Shown: piece by piece, positions 1 to 9,543 of the stretch
Layout: the number at the start of each line of letters is the position of its first letter
Position numbering within the stretch: position 1 is the first letter of the stretch
Assembly (NCBI GenBank): GCA_963700145.1
Contig: OY969474.1
Location: 3,776,001 to 3,840,000, forward strand
Reading direction: 5' to 3'
Source: an uncultured Acidobacteriota bacterium
GTDB taxonomy: Bacteria > Acidobacteriota > Thermoanaerobaculia > Multivoradales > UBA5704
DNA length: 64,000 nucleotides
The notes under the pieces: generated by a model
Database searches by the model: none
What the model was told of the DNA's origin: nothing
The model's input: the letters and a program-made list of their open reading frames with translations, nothing else
Position numbers and translations under genes: made by a program

Positions 1-282
1 GCGCAGCGCCTTCTGGTAGTACTCGAGGGCCTTGTCGAACTGCCCGTTGGCCTCGTAAGCCACCGCCAGGTTGTTGTAGACGCGCGGGTTGCCCGGGTCC
101 AGCCGCTCGGCCTGGTGGAAGCGGAAGAGCGCCTCCTGCCAGAGGCCGCGGCGCGCCATGTCGACCCCGAACTGGAGCTGCGCGGCGGTGGTGTTGGGGT
201 TGGGGTGGCCGCTGCAGGCGGCGGAGGAGAGGCTGAGGGCGAGGACGAAGACGGCGGTGCAGACGGGCTGGCGCGGTGTCAT
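1..282 (-). CDS. TPR-repeat lipoprotein (partial, 3' end runs off the window)
   Basis: Not in the ORF track. Manual translation from ATG at 282: MTPRQPVCTAVFVLALSLSSAAC (lipobox-like), then GLWQEALFRFHQAERLDPGNPRVYNNLAVAYEANGQFDKALEYYQKALR, a TPR pattern. Confidence 0.85.
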   Translation of the reverse strand, partial: MTPRQPVCTAVFVLALSLSSAACSGHPNPNTTAAQLQFGVDMARRGLWQEALFRFHQAERLDPGNPRVYNNLAVAYEANGQFDKALEYYQKALR

Positions 283-440
283 CGGATGGCCGGTCTCCGC
301 GGGGAGCGCGAAGTATATACGAGCGCCTGCGGGGGTCTCGGCCGGCCCTTCCTGCACGTCCGGTGCCGGCTGTCGGCCGCCGTCGCTGCAATGTTGGATG
401 CGGCATTTTCCGTCTTCCTTCGCGGAGCCGGAAAAAAACG

Positions 441-1580
441 ATGCCTCGACGCTCTGATCCCCGCGAAGCGCTCATCGCGCTCGCCGCCGCGCCAAACCTC
501 GGCCGGCCGCCCTTCTATCGGCTGGCGGAGGAGCTGCCGCTCTTCCTGGCCGGCGCGGCCGAGGGCGCGCCCGCCGCGCTCCTCGCGGCGCGGCTGGGGC
601 TGCCGCCGGGGCCGGTCGAGACGGCGCTCGCGGCGCTCCCTTCGGCCGCCGCCGCCGCGCGCCGCGAGCTGGCGCGCGCGGCGAAGCTGGGCGCGGCCAT
701 CGTGACGCGGCTCGACGCCGACTATCCGCCGGCGCTCCTGCCGCTCGCCCTGGCGCCGCCGGTCCTCTGGCTGCGCGGCGCGCTGCCGGCGGGGCCGGCG
801 CTCGCCGTCGTCGGCTCGCGGCGCGCCGATCCCTACGGCAAGGAGACGGCGGAGCTGCTGGCGCGCGAGCTCGCCGCGGCCGGCGTCGCCATCGTCTCCG
901 GCTTCGCGCGCGGCATCGACGCTGCGGCGCACCGCGGCGCCCTCGCCGCGCCCGGCGGGCGGACGGTGGCGGTCCTGGGCTGCGGCCTCGGCGTCGACTA
1001 CCCGCGCGGCCACCGCAAGCTGGGTGACGAGGTGGCGGCGCGCGGCGCGTTGGTCTCGGAGTTCCCGTGCGGCTGGTCGGCGCTGGCGCGCCACTTCCCG
1101 ATCCGCAACCGCCTGATCGCCGCGCTCTCGGCGGGGACGCTGGTCGTCGAGGCCGCCGCGCGCTCGGGGTCGCTGGTGACCGCGCGTCACGCGCTCGAGC
1201 TCGGGCGCGACGTGCTCGCCGTGCCCGGGCGCATCTTCGACGAGAAAGCGCTCGGCCCCAACAGCCTGCTGCGCGACGGCGCCGTCCTGGTGCGCCATCC
1301 GCGCGACGTGCTCGAAGCGCTCTGGCCGGAGATGCTGGCGCCGCACGCGCGCGCCGCGGGCGCGGCCGAAGACGCGCCGGCGACCTCCGGCCGCGGCGTG
1401 CCGCCGGGCTCGGCCGGCGAGCTGCTCGCCGCGCTGCCGCCGGCGACGGAGATCGCGGCGGAAGAGGCCGCGGCGCGCGCGCGCCGTCCCGTCGCGCAGG
1501 CGCTCGCGGAGCTGCTCGAGCTCGAGCTCGGCGGCTGGGTGCGCCGCCTTCCCGGACCGGTGTACGTGCGCGTGCCATGA
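441..1580 (+). CDS. dprA: DNA-processing protein DprA
   Basis: Motifs AVVGSR, VSGFARGIDAAAH, FPIRNRLI, SGSLVTA. Directly upstream of topA, a conserved pairing. Start moved to ATG 441 within ORF 276..1580. Confidence 0.95.
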   Translation: MPRRSDPREALIALAAAPNLGRPPFYRLAEELPLFLAGAAEGAPAALLAARLGLPPGPVETALAALPSAAAAARRELARAAKLGAAIVTRLDADYPPALLPLALAPPVLWLRGALPAGPALAVVGSRRADPYGKETAELLARELAAAGVAIVSGFARGIDAAAHRGALAAPGGRTVAVLGCGLGVDYPRGHRKLGDEVAARGALVSEFPCGWSALARHFPIRNRLIAALSAGTLVVEAAARSGSLVTARHALELGRDVLAVPGRIFDEKALGPNSLLRDGAVLVRHPRDVLEALWPEMLAPHARAAGAAEDAPATSGRGVPPGSAGELLAALPPATEIAAEEAAARARRPVAQALAELLELELGGWVRRLPGPVYVRVP

Positions 1581-1696
1581 GAGTTGGTTGGAGCCCGGCG
1601 CGAAAGCCTTCGCGCCTCAGTGTGCTACCCTGCGCCGCTCCCGCCGCCCCAGCCGGATGAAATGAACTCGCCGGCGTCCGGCGTTAAACAACCGCC

Positions 1697-4003
1697 ATGC
1701 CCAAGAACCTGCTGATCGTCGAGAGCCCCGCGAAGACCCGGACGCTGAAGAAGTTCCTCGGCCGCGACTACGCCGTCGAGGCGTCGCTCGGGCACATTCG
1801 CGACCTGGTCAAGAAGGACCTCGGCATCGGCGAGAACTACGAGCCGCGCTACGCGGTGCTGCCGGCGAAGAAGGAAGTGGTGCAGAAGCTGCGCAAGGCG
1901 GCGCGTGCGGCCGACGTCGTCTTCCTCGCGCCCGACCCCGACCGCGAAGGCGAGGCGATCGCCTGGCACATCGCCGAGGTGCTGGAGAAGGACCCCGGCG
2001 ACGTCCACCGCGTCACCTTCAACGAGATCACCCGCAACGCCGTGCTGCGCGCCCTCGCCAACCCCGGCGAGATCGACTACAAGAAGGTGGACGCGCAGCA
2101 GGCGCGGCGCCTGCTCGACCGCATGATGGGCTTCAGGCTCTCGCCGCTCCTCTGGGAGAAGGTCAAGCAGGGGCTCTCGGCCGGGCGCGTGCAGTCGGTG
2201 GCGCTCAAGATGGTCTGCGACCGCCAGGCCGAGATCGACGCCTTCGTGCCGCAGGAGTACTGGCTGCTGGGCGCCGACCTCCAGGGCCCCGAGCCGCCGC
2301 CCTTCCGCGCCCGCCTGACGAAGATCGACGGCAAGAAAGCCGAGGTGGCGAACGGCGAGGAGGCCGCGGCCATCGTGCGCGACCTCGAAGCGGGGAGCTT
2401 CACCGTGCGCGAGGTCGAGCGCAAGGAGTCGAAGCAGCGGCCTGGGCCGCCCTTCATCACCAGCCGCCTGCAGCAGGAGGCGGCGCGCCGCTTCGGCTTC
2501 TCGGTCAAGCGCACGATGAGCCTGGCGCAGGGACTCTACGAGGGCCGCGAGGTCGGCGACCGCGGCTCGATTGGCCTCATCACCTACATGCGCACCGACT
2601 CCACACGGGTGGCCGGCGAGGCGCTCGACGCGGTGCGCGAGACGATCGCTTCAACCTACGGCGCCGCGGCGCTGCCCGAGCGTCCCAACTTCTACAGCTC
2701 GAAGAAGGGGGCGCAGGACGCGCACGAGGCGATCCGCCCGACCAGCCTCGACCTGCCGCCGGACGCGGTGCGCGACTCGCTCAAGGCCGACGAGTGGAAG
2801 CTCTACAAGCTGATCTGGGACCGCTTCGTCGCCTCGCAGATGCTGCCGGCGGTCTTCGACGTCACCAACGTGGACGTCGAGAGCGGCCGCTACCTGCTGC
2901 GCGTCTCGGGCAAGGTGATGAAGAGCCCCGGCTACCTCGCGGTCTACCGCGAGGCGCCGGTCGAGGACGAGGCGAAGAACGGCAACGGTGCGGAGGAAGG
3001 CGAAGGGGCGCTGCCGCCGCTCGAGGCCGGCCAAAAGCTCGAGCTCCTCGGCGTCGCCAGCGAGCAGAAGTTCACCCAGCCGCCGCCGGCCTACAGCGAG
3101 GCGACGCTGGTCAAGGCGCTGGAGGAGAACGGCATCGGCCGGCCGTCGACCTACGCCGCGATCCTCTCGACGCTCTCCGAGCGCGAGTACGCGACGAAGG
3201 ACCAGGGGCGCTTCCGCCCGACGGCGCTCGGCCGCATCGTCAACCGCCTCCTCCAGGCGAGCTTCAACGACATCCTCAACGAGGGCTACACCGCCGAGCT
3301 CGAAGGGCAGCTCGACGAGATCGAGGAGGGGAAGGTCGACTGGAAGGCGACCCTCGCCGCCTTCGACAAGAAATTCACCGTCGACCTGGCGAGCGCCGGC
3401 GAGGCGATGCCGAACGTCAAGCGCGAGGGCGTGCCGGTCGGCGAGAGCTGCCCCGAGTGCGGGTCGCCCCTGGTCATGCGCTTCGGCCGCTTCGGGCCCT
3501 TCATCGCCTGCACCAACTACCCCGAGTGCAAGTACACGCGGAACGTCGAGGAGGAGCGCTCGGCGGCCGGCGGCGGGGCGGCGGGCGGCGAGGCGGGCGC
3601 GGGGGGCGCGGAGGGCGAGGAGATCCCGCCGTGCGAGGAGTGCGGGCGGCCGATGATCCTCAAGCGCAGCCGCTTCGGCACCTTCTACGGCTGCAGCGGC
3701 TACCCCGAGTGCAAGAACATCCGCAAGCTCGGCCCCAAGCCCGAGCCGCCGAAACCGACCGGCGTCCCCTGCCCCGAGTGCGGCAAGGGCGAGATGGTCG
3801 AGAAGCGCTCGCGCCGCGGCAAGACCTTCTACTCCTGCGACCGCTACCCCGACTGCAAGTTCGCCCTCTGGGACCGCCCGGTCGCCCGCGCCTGCCCTGA
3901 CTGCGGCGCGCCCTACCTTCTAGAGAAGACCACCAAGCGCGCCGGCACCCGCCTCGTCTGCAACGCCGAAGGGTGCAAGTTCCAGGAGCCGGTGGCGGTC
4001 TAG
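1697..4003 (+). CDS. topA: DNA topoisomerase I (type IA) with three C-terminal zinc ribbons
   Basis: LLIVESPAK TOPRIM start, DPDREGE, SAGRVQS, ITYMRTDS (catalytic Tyr), GIGRPSTY, repeated CPEC...C..YP.C motifs. Confidence 0.98.
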   Translation: MPKNLLIVESPAKTRTLKKFLGRDYAVEASLGHIRDLVKKDLGIGENYEPRYAVLPAKKEVVQKLRKAARAADVVFLAPDPDREGEAIAWHIAEVLEKDPGDVHRVTFNEITRNAVLRALANPGEIDYKKVDAQQARRLLDRMMGFRLSPLLWEKVKQGLSAGRVQSVALKMVCDRQAEIDAFVPQEYWLLGADLQGPEPPPFRARLTKIDGKKAEVANGEEAAAIVRDLEAGSFTVREVERKESKQRPGPPFITSRLQQEAARRFGFSVKRTMSLAQGLYEGREVGDRGSIGLITYMRTDSTRVAGEALDAVRETIASTYGAAALPERPNFYSSKKGAQDAHEAIRPTSLDLPPDAVRDSLKADEWKLYKLIWDRFVASQMLPAVFDVTNVDVESGRYLLRVSGKVMKSPGYLAVYREAPVEDEAKNGNGAEEGEGALPPLEAGQKLELLGVASEQKFTQPPPAYSEATLVKALEENGIGRPSTYAAILSTLSEREYATKDQGRFRPTALGRIVNRLLQASFNDILNEGYTAELEGQLDEIEEGKVDWKATLAAFDKKFTVDLASAGEAMPNVKREGVPVGESCPECGSPLVMRFGRFGPFIACTNYPECKYTRNVEEERSAAGGGAAGGEAGAGGAEGEEIPPCEECGRPMILKRSRFGTFYGCSGYPECKNIRKLGPKPEPPKPTGVPCPECGKGEMVEKRSRRGKTFYSCDRYPDCKFALWDRPVARACPDCGAPYLLEKTTKRAGTRLVCNAEGCKFQEPVAV

Positions 4004-4007
4004 CCGC

Positions 4008-4403
4008 TCAGGGCCGCCGCGGTCGGCGGAAGGCCCCGTCGATGCTCCAGATGCCTGAGCCGCGGGCGGCGATGTAGAGGAAGACGAAGGCGTAGAGCGC
4101 CGCCAGCTCGCCGCCGTTCTGGATCGGCAGGGCGCCGCCCGCCTGGTGCACCATGAAGTAGGCCACCGCCATCTCGCCGCTGGCGAGGAAGGCGGCGATG
4201 CTGGTGAAGAGGCCGAGCAGGACGAGGACCCCCAGGACCAGCTCGAGGACGCCGGCGATGAACGGCAGCGTCGGGCCGGGCGGCACCTTCTCGCCGCCCA
4301 GCGCTCCGAAGACCTTCTGGACGCCGTGGCAGGTGAAGAGGAAGCCCGTCACGATTCGCAGCAAGGCATAGATCGGTTCCGTGTACCTTCCGAGGAAACC
4401 CAT
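4008..4403 (-). CDS. DoxX family membrane protein
   Basis: LLRIVTGFLFTCHGVQKVFG, ASGEMAVAYF, NGGELA, GSGIWSID. GGAG RBS upstream. Confidence 0.9.
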   Translation of the reverse strand: MGFLGRYTEPIYALLRIVTGFLFTCHGVQKVFGALGGEKVPPGPTLPFIAGVLELVLGVLVLLGLFTSIAAFLASGEMAVAYFMVHQAGGALPIQNGGELAALYAFVFLYIAARGSGIWSIDGAFRRPRRP

Positions 4404-4471
4404 GGCCCCACCCTCCTTGCGGTTCCGGCCGGAGTCATCCAGCCGGGCCTTCGTTCGCGTACTCTACGGGC

Positions 4472-5266
4472 ATGAGCCGCCGGAAGCACGCCGCCGCCGT
4501 CCTCGCCGTCGCCGCGGGGTTGGTCCTCGCCCTGGCCGGCCCGGCCGCCGCCCGCGCGGCGGCGCCGGACTACTCGGCCTGGGCCGAGCTCCTGCAGAAG
4601 CACTACGACCCCGCCAAGGGGATGAGCTACAAGGCGCTCAAGGCCGACAAGGCGGCCCTCGACCGCCTCCGCCGAGAGCTGGCGCAGGTGGACGTCGCCG
4701 CCCTTTCCCGCCCCGACCAGCTCGCCTACTGGATCAACCTGTACAACGTCTCGGTCGTCGGGATCGTCGTCGACAACTACCCCGTCGAGTCGATCCGCGA
4801 CCTCTCGACCGACCCGATCATCCGCATCAACGTCTTCAAGAAGCCGTCGGTGGCGGTCAAGGGCGGCAAGATGTCGCTCAACGACATCGAGAACGACAAG
4901 GTCCGCGCCGGCTTCAAGGACTCGCGCATCCACTTCGCCATCAACTGCGCCGCCGAGAGCTGCCCGCCGATCCGCCCCGAGCCCTACGTCGGCGCGCGCG
5001 TCGACCAGCAGCTCGACGACCAGACGCGGAAGTTCCTCAACAGCCCCAAGGGCGTGCGCCTCGAGCAGGACGGCGACACCCTCGTCGTCCACACCACCAA
5101 GGTCATGGACTGGTTCGGCGACGACTTCGAGCAGTGGGGGGGCGGCCGGCGCGCCTTCCTCCAGAAGCACCTGGCGCCGGAGAAGAAGCGCCGCCTGGAG
5201 GCCGCCAAGAAGGTCGAGATCGAGTTCGACGACTACAGCTGGAAGCTCAACGACGCCTCCCGCTAG
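4472..5266 (+). CDS. DUF547 domain secreted protein
   Basis: Signal peptide; QLAYWINLYN, SLNDIEN, RIHFAINCAAESCP, YSWKLND. Confidence 0.9.
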   Translation: MSRRKHAAAVLAVAAGLVLALAGPAAARAAAPDYSAWAELLQKHYDPAKGMSYKALKADKAALDRLRRELAQVDVAALSRPDQLAYWINLYNVSVVGIVVDNYPVESIRDLSTDPIIRINVFKKPSVAVKGGKMSLNDIENDKVRAGFKDSRIHFAINCAAESCPPIRPEPYVGARVDQQLDDQTRKFLNSPKGVRLEQDGDTLVVHTTKVMDWFGDDFEQWGGGRRAFLQKHLAPEKKRRLEAAKKVEIEFDDYSWKLNDASR

Positions 5267-5299
5267 ACTGCGCCCGGAGTTTGCATCGGGAGGGGCAGC

Positions 5300-6697
5300 A
5301 TGGGGCTCGGCTCCCTGCGCAAGGCCTGGCAGCTCTTCCGCGACCCGGTGACGCCGGAGAAGCGGCGCCTCCTGGCCGAGCGCTGGGAGCGGCTCGACCC
5401 CGCCCTCCGCCTCCCCGGCCAGGGCCTCGGCCAGAAGGCCACCGGCTGCGGCGCCACGGTCGGCATCCAGCCGCGCTGCGACTTCGCCTGCACCGGCTGC
5501 TACCTGGGCCGCGAGGCGAACCACGTCCCGGCGCTCCCCACCGCCGCGATCCTCGGCCAGCTCGACGAGTTGCGCCGCTGGCTCGGCCCCAAGAGCAACG
5601 TCCAGATCACCGACGGCGAGGTGACGCTGCGCCCGGTCGAGGAGCTGGTCGAGATCCTCGCCTACGCGCGCTCGATCGGCGTCGTGCCGATGGTGATGAC
5701 CCACGGCGACACCTTCCGCCGCCGCCCGGGTCTCCTCGAGCGGCTGATGATCGAGGGCGGCCTCACCGAGGTGTCGATCCACGTCGACGTCACCCAGCGC
5801 GGGCGCGACGGCTACCGCGCGCCGCGCTCGGAGCTGGAGCTGATGCCGCTGCGCGACGAGCTCGCGGCCATGGTGCGCGCGGCGCGGCGGCGCACCGGCC
5901 GGCCGCTGCGCGCCGCCACGACGCTGACGATCAGCCGCCAGAACCTGCCGCAGGTGGCGGACGTGGTGCGCTGGACGATCCGCAACCGCGACGCCTTCGG
6001 TCTCATCAGCTTTCAGCCGCTGGCGCAAGTGGGGCGGACGCGCAAGAGCCTGCAGGGAGTGAGCGCCGAGGAGCTGTGGGCCGAGGTTGGCAAGGCGACC
6101 GCCGAGCACGGCGCGCCGCTCGCCGGCGCCGGTCCGATGCACTTCGGCCACCCCGAGTGCACGCGCTTCGTCCCCTTCCTCGTCCTCGAGCGGCCGGGCG
6201 AGGCGCCGCGCCTGTTGCAATTCATCCGCGACACGCCGGACGACGTGGCGCTGATGGAAGAGTTCTTCGCCCGCGGCATCGGCGGCATCGCCTTCCGCGA
6301 CGACCGGCCGCTGGAGCTGCTGGGGCGCGGCGCCGGCGTCGTCCTCAACGACCCGCGCTGGCTCCTGGGGCGCGGCCGCCGCTGGCTCGACGCCCGCTTG
6401 CGCGCCGAGGCCGGCACCAGCGTCTGGCGGCTCGCTGCCGACGCCCTCGCCGGCCGCGTGCGGGTGGACGGCGTCACCCTGACCAGCCACCACTTCATGA
6501 GCCCGGCGGAGCTGGCGACCGAGGTCGGCCGGGCGCGCCTCGAGGCCTGCGTCTTCCGCCTCCCCTACCGCGGCGAGATGGTGCCGATGTGCCGGATGAA
6601 CGCCGACGGCGTGCGCGAGGCTTTCTACGCCGAGATCATGGCCGGCGGGGCGCCGAGCGCGGCGGCCGGCTCCCCGGCGCTGCCAGTGGTGCACTAG
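5300..6697 (+). CDS. Radical SAM protein of unknown function (distantly Tes-like C-terminal motifs)
   Basis: CDFACTGC (CxxxCxxC); TDGE in place of the GGE motif; GGAGG RBS upstream. Confidence 0.85.
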   Translation: MGLGSLRKAWQLFRDPVTPEKRRLLAERWERLDPALRLPGQGLGQKATGCGATVGIQPRCDFACTGCYLGREANHVPALPTAAILGQLDELRRWLGPKSNVQITDGEVTLRPVEELVEILAYARSIGVVPMVMTHGDTFRRRPGLLERLMIEGGLTEVSIHVDVTQRGRDGYRAPRSELELMPLRDELAAMVRAARRRTGRPLRAATTLTISRQNLPQVADVVRWTIRNRDAFGLISFQPLAQVGRTRKSLQGVSAEELWAEVGKATAEHGAPLAGAGPMHFGHPECTRFVPFLVLERPGEAPRLLQFIRDTPDDVALMEEFFARGIGGIAFRDDRPLELLGRGAGVVLNDPRWLLGRGRRWLDARLRAEAGTSVWRLAADALAGRVRVDGVTLTSHHFMSPAELATEVGRARLEACVFRLPYRGEMVPMCRMNADGVREAFYAEIMAGGAPSAAAGSPALPVVH

Positions 6698-7542
6698 CGG
6701 ACCGCGTTGACCAGCTCGACGGTGCGGCGCCAGATCGCGCCGCCGTCGCAGTCGCGCACCAGCGTCACCCGCCTCTCGCCCGCTCCCCATTCGATCCACA
6801 GCCGCTCGCGCAGGCGGGCCGGCACGACCACGCGCTCCACCGTCTCCGGCGCGAAGAGGCAGGCCGCGGCGACGAGGTCGTAGGCCGGGAAGGTGGACGA
6901 CGCGTGGCGCAGGCGCGCGCGGCGGAGCCAACGCCGGGAGTCGCGGCGGAGCGCCTCGCCCAGGGCGCCGCGTAGCGCGCCCAGCTCGGCGGCCCCCACG
7001 CGCACCCGCCGCGCCACGTCGAGCGGCACGACGGTGAGCGGCAGCGCGGACTCCCAGACGGCGCGGGTGGCCGGCGGGTCCACGGTCAGGTTGAACTCGT
7101 GCGGCCAGTAGGGCGGCCAGCGGCCGCGCGAATGGAGACTGCCGCCGACGACGAGCACCTCGGCGACGGCGAGGCCCCGTCCCCGCCGCGCCGCCTCGGC
7201 GAGAGCCGCGGCGACGTTGGTGAGCGGGCCGAGGGCGGCGACGGTGAGCGGTCCGGCGCCCGCGTCCTCCGGCCACCAGAGCCAGGACGCGCGGTCCACG
7301 CGCTCCTCGCCGGCCGCGAGGTCACGCGCCGCGGCGCCGCGCAGGTAGGGCCCGGCGAAGCCGCAGAGGGCGCCGAGCCGGCGGTTGTTCTCGTCGGCCC
7401 GCGCCTCCGAGCTGTTGCCGCCGACGCTCGCCACCGCCGCGACCGGGAGGCCGCTGGCGAGGAGCGGCGCCACGGCCAGCGCGTCGTCCACGTCGCCGTG
7501 CGGCGAGCCGAGCGCATTGTCCGTGTCGACAAGGATGCGCAC
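6694..7542 (-). CDS. Inosine/uridine-preferring nucleoside hydrolase family
   Basis: VRILVDTDN...DVDDALA, ALGPLTN, EFNL, VVPLDV. Start set at GTG 7542. Confidence 0.85.
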   Translation of the reverse strand: MRILVDTDNALGSPHGDVDDALAVAPLLASGLPVAAVASVGGNSSEARADENNRRLGALCGFAGPYLRGAAARDLAAGEERVDRASWLWWPEDAGAGPLTVAALGPLTNVAAALAEAARRGRGLAVAEVLVVGGSLHSRGRWPPYWPHEFNLTVDPPATRAVWESALPLTVVPLDVARRVRVGAAELGALRGALGEALRRDSRRWLRRARLRHASSTFPAYDLVAAACLFAPETVERVVVPARLRERLWIEWGAGERRVTLVRDCDGGAIWRRTVELVNAVR

Positions 7543-7561
7543 CGGGCGGGAAACTACACGA

Positions 7562-8221
7562 GTGGACGTCCCGCTCTCCCCGCCGCACCTCCTCCTGCCG
7601 CGGGCGCTACCGGTTTCAGCCTTGCTGGTGCGCAGCGAAGACGGCGCCCCGGCCGAGCAGCGCACGTCGGTCCGCGCCCGCTGGGACGACGAAGCTCTCT
7701 ACGTCCGCTGGGAGTGCGCCGATCGGGACGCCTGGGGGACCTTTACCGAACGCGACGCCCCGCTCTACCAGGAGGAGGTGGTGGAGCTGTTCCTCGCGCC
7801 GGGCGAGGCCGAGCCGCGGCGCTACGCCGAATTCGAGATCGCCCCGACCGGCGTTCTCTTCGACGCGTTGATCGAGAACCCGCGCGGTGAGCGCGCCGGC
7901 ATCACAGCCGACACCGCCTGGGACTGCCCCGGCCTGGTGTGGGAGGTCGGGAAGGGGCAGCGAGACGAGGACTGGTGGGCCGCCCTCGCCGTCCCTTGGC
8001 GCGCCATCCTCGCCGCGCTCGCCCATCCACCCGGCGAGCTGCCGCGGGTCTGGCGCGCCAACCTCTACCGCATCGAGCGTCCGCGCGGCGGCGAGCCCGA
8101 GCACACCGCCTGGTCCCCCACCCTCGCCACCCCGCCCGACTTCCACCGCCCCGCCCGCTTCGGGACGCTCGTCCTCGAACCTTACGGAGTGGTCCTCTCC
8201 TCCGCCAGCAGCCCGCGATAG
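7562..8221 (+). CDS. Carbohydrate-binding family 9-like (DOMON-like) protein
   Basis: RWDDEALYV, LYQEEVVELF, YAEFEIAP, WRANLYR, WSPT...DFHRPARFG. Start set at GTG 7562. Confidence 0.8.
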   Translation: MDVPLSPPHLLLPRALPVSALLVRSEDGAPAEQRTSVRARWDDEALYVRWECADRDAWGTFTERDAPLYQEEVVELFLAPGEAEPRRYAEFEIAPTGVLFDALIENPRGERAGITADTAWDCPGLVWEVGKGQRDEDWWAALAVPWRAILAALAHPPGELPRVWRANLYRIERPRGGEPEHTAWSPTLATPPDFHRPARFGTLVLEPYGVVLSSASSPR

Positions 8222-8868
8222 AGGAGCGCCGCCAGCGCCGCGCCGAGCGCCGGGCCGACGAAGTAGACCCAGAGGTCGGTGAAGTCGCCGGTGGCGATCG
8301 CGGGGCCGAGGCTGCGGGCCGGGTTCAGGCTGGCGCCGGTGAGCGGCCCGCCCATCAGGATCGCGAAGACCAGGGTGAAGCCGACGGCCAGGCCGTCGAG
8401 CGGCGTCGCCTTGCCGCTGATCCCGGCGTTCATGATCGTGTTGACCAGGAAGAAAGTGAGGATCGCCTCGAGCACGACGCCGACCGCCGGGGTGACGTCG
8501 ATCGTCACCGCCCCCAGCACCAGCCCATGCGCCAGCCGGGTCGCCCCCAGGCCGGTCTCGTCGCCGCCGAGGACCCAGCGGAGAGCGAGCGCGCCGGTGA
8601 TTCCGCCGGCGAGCTGTGCGGCCATGTAGGCGAGCGCACGGCCGGGCGCGATCTTGCCGGCCAGCCACACGCCGAGCGTCACCGCCGGGTTGAGGTGCGT
8701 GCCCGAGATGTGGCCGTAGGCGTAGGCGAAGGCGACGATGACGAGCCCGTGGGCGAGCGCCACCCCGACGAGCCCGCCGATCCCCAGGGCGCCGGCGCCG
8801 GCACCGATCAGGATCAGGGCGAAGGTGCCGATGAACTCGGCGATGAACGCGGTCCCCAGCCTGCTCAT
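8182..8868 (-). CDS. Aquaporin (MIP family)
   Basis: Two NPA motifs (HLNPAVT, SLNPARS) and six hydrophobic segments. Confidence 0.95.
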   Translation of the reverse strand: MSRLGTAFIAEFIGTFALILIGAGAGALGIGGLVGVALAHGLVIVAFAYAYGHISGTHLNPAVTLGVWLAGKIAPGRALAYMAAQLAGGITGALALRWVLGGDETGLGATRLAHGLVLGAVTIDVTPAVGVVLEAILTFFLVNTIMNAGISGKATPLDGLAVGFTLVFAILMGGPLTGASLNPARSLGPAIATGDFTDLWVYFVGPALGAALAALLYRGLLAEERTTP

Positions 8869-8881
8869 GGCTTCCTCCCTC

Positions 8882-9535
8882 TCACTGTTTCTTGATGATC
8901 ACCGAGACGCGGCGGTTCTTCTGCCGCCCGGCGTCGTCGTCGTTGGACGCGACCGGCTGGCTCTCCCCCAAGCCGCGGGTCGTCAGCCGCCCGGCGTCGA
9001 GCCCCTCGCGCTCGACGAGCCAGGTCTTGACCGCCGCCGCCCGCCGCTCGGAGAGCCGCTGGTTGTAGCCGTCGTCCCCCTTGGCGTCGGTGTGCCCTTC
9101 GAGCCGCGCCGTGCCGTTGGGGAAGCCGCGCAGCACGGTGGCGAGCTGCCCCAGGGCGCCGGCGGCGTCGGCGCGGATCTCGGCCTTGTCGAAGTCGAAG
9201 AGGACGTCGGCGGGGAGCTCGACCACGACCTCCAGGCCGGTCTCGCGCGCGCCGAGGGCCTGCATGGCGCGGCGGGTCTCCTGGACCGTGGCGACGACGC
9301 CGCGCCCGGCTCCCGCGACGCCGCGCTGGATGCCGACGACGTTCAGCACCACCGGGATGACCCGCAGGGCGCCGCGGTTAGGACCGAGGCGCGCCACCGC
9401 GGCCCGGGCGGCGGCCTCGGTCGTGGGGTGCCAGGGGCCGGGATACGGGACGTCCTGGGCGCCGGCGGCTGCGGCGCCGAGGAGGGCCGCGAGGCCGGCG
9501 CCGGCGAGCGCCCGCCGCTTCGCGCGGAGCTCCAC
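8882..9535 (-). CDS. OmpA C-terminal-like peptidoglycan-binding protein
   Basis: DVLFDFDKA, EGHTDAKG, YNQRLSERRA, GRQKNRRV; signal peptide; no beta-barrel domain. Confidence 0.9.
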   Translation of the reverse strand: MELRAKRRALAGAGLAALLGAAAAGAQDVPYPGPWHPTTEAAARAAVARLGPNRGALRVIPVVLNVVGIQRGVAGAGRGVVATVQETRRAMQALGARETGLEVVVELPADVLFDFDKAEIRADAAGALGQLATVLRGFPNGTARLEGHTDAKGDDGYNQRLSERRAAAVKTWLVEREGLDAGRLTTRGLGESQPVASNDDDAGRQKNRRVSVIIKKQ

Positions 9536-9543
9536 GGCGCCCC

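Noticed and set aside
3560-3620. Gly/Ala-rich low-complexity stretch in topA
   Set aside because: An ordinary flexible linker between zinc ribbons.
4349-7276. 975-aa and 864-aa ORFs over the DUF547 and radical SAM genes
   Set aside because: Shadow or off-frame ORFs of well-supported genes.
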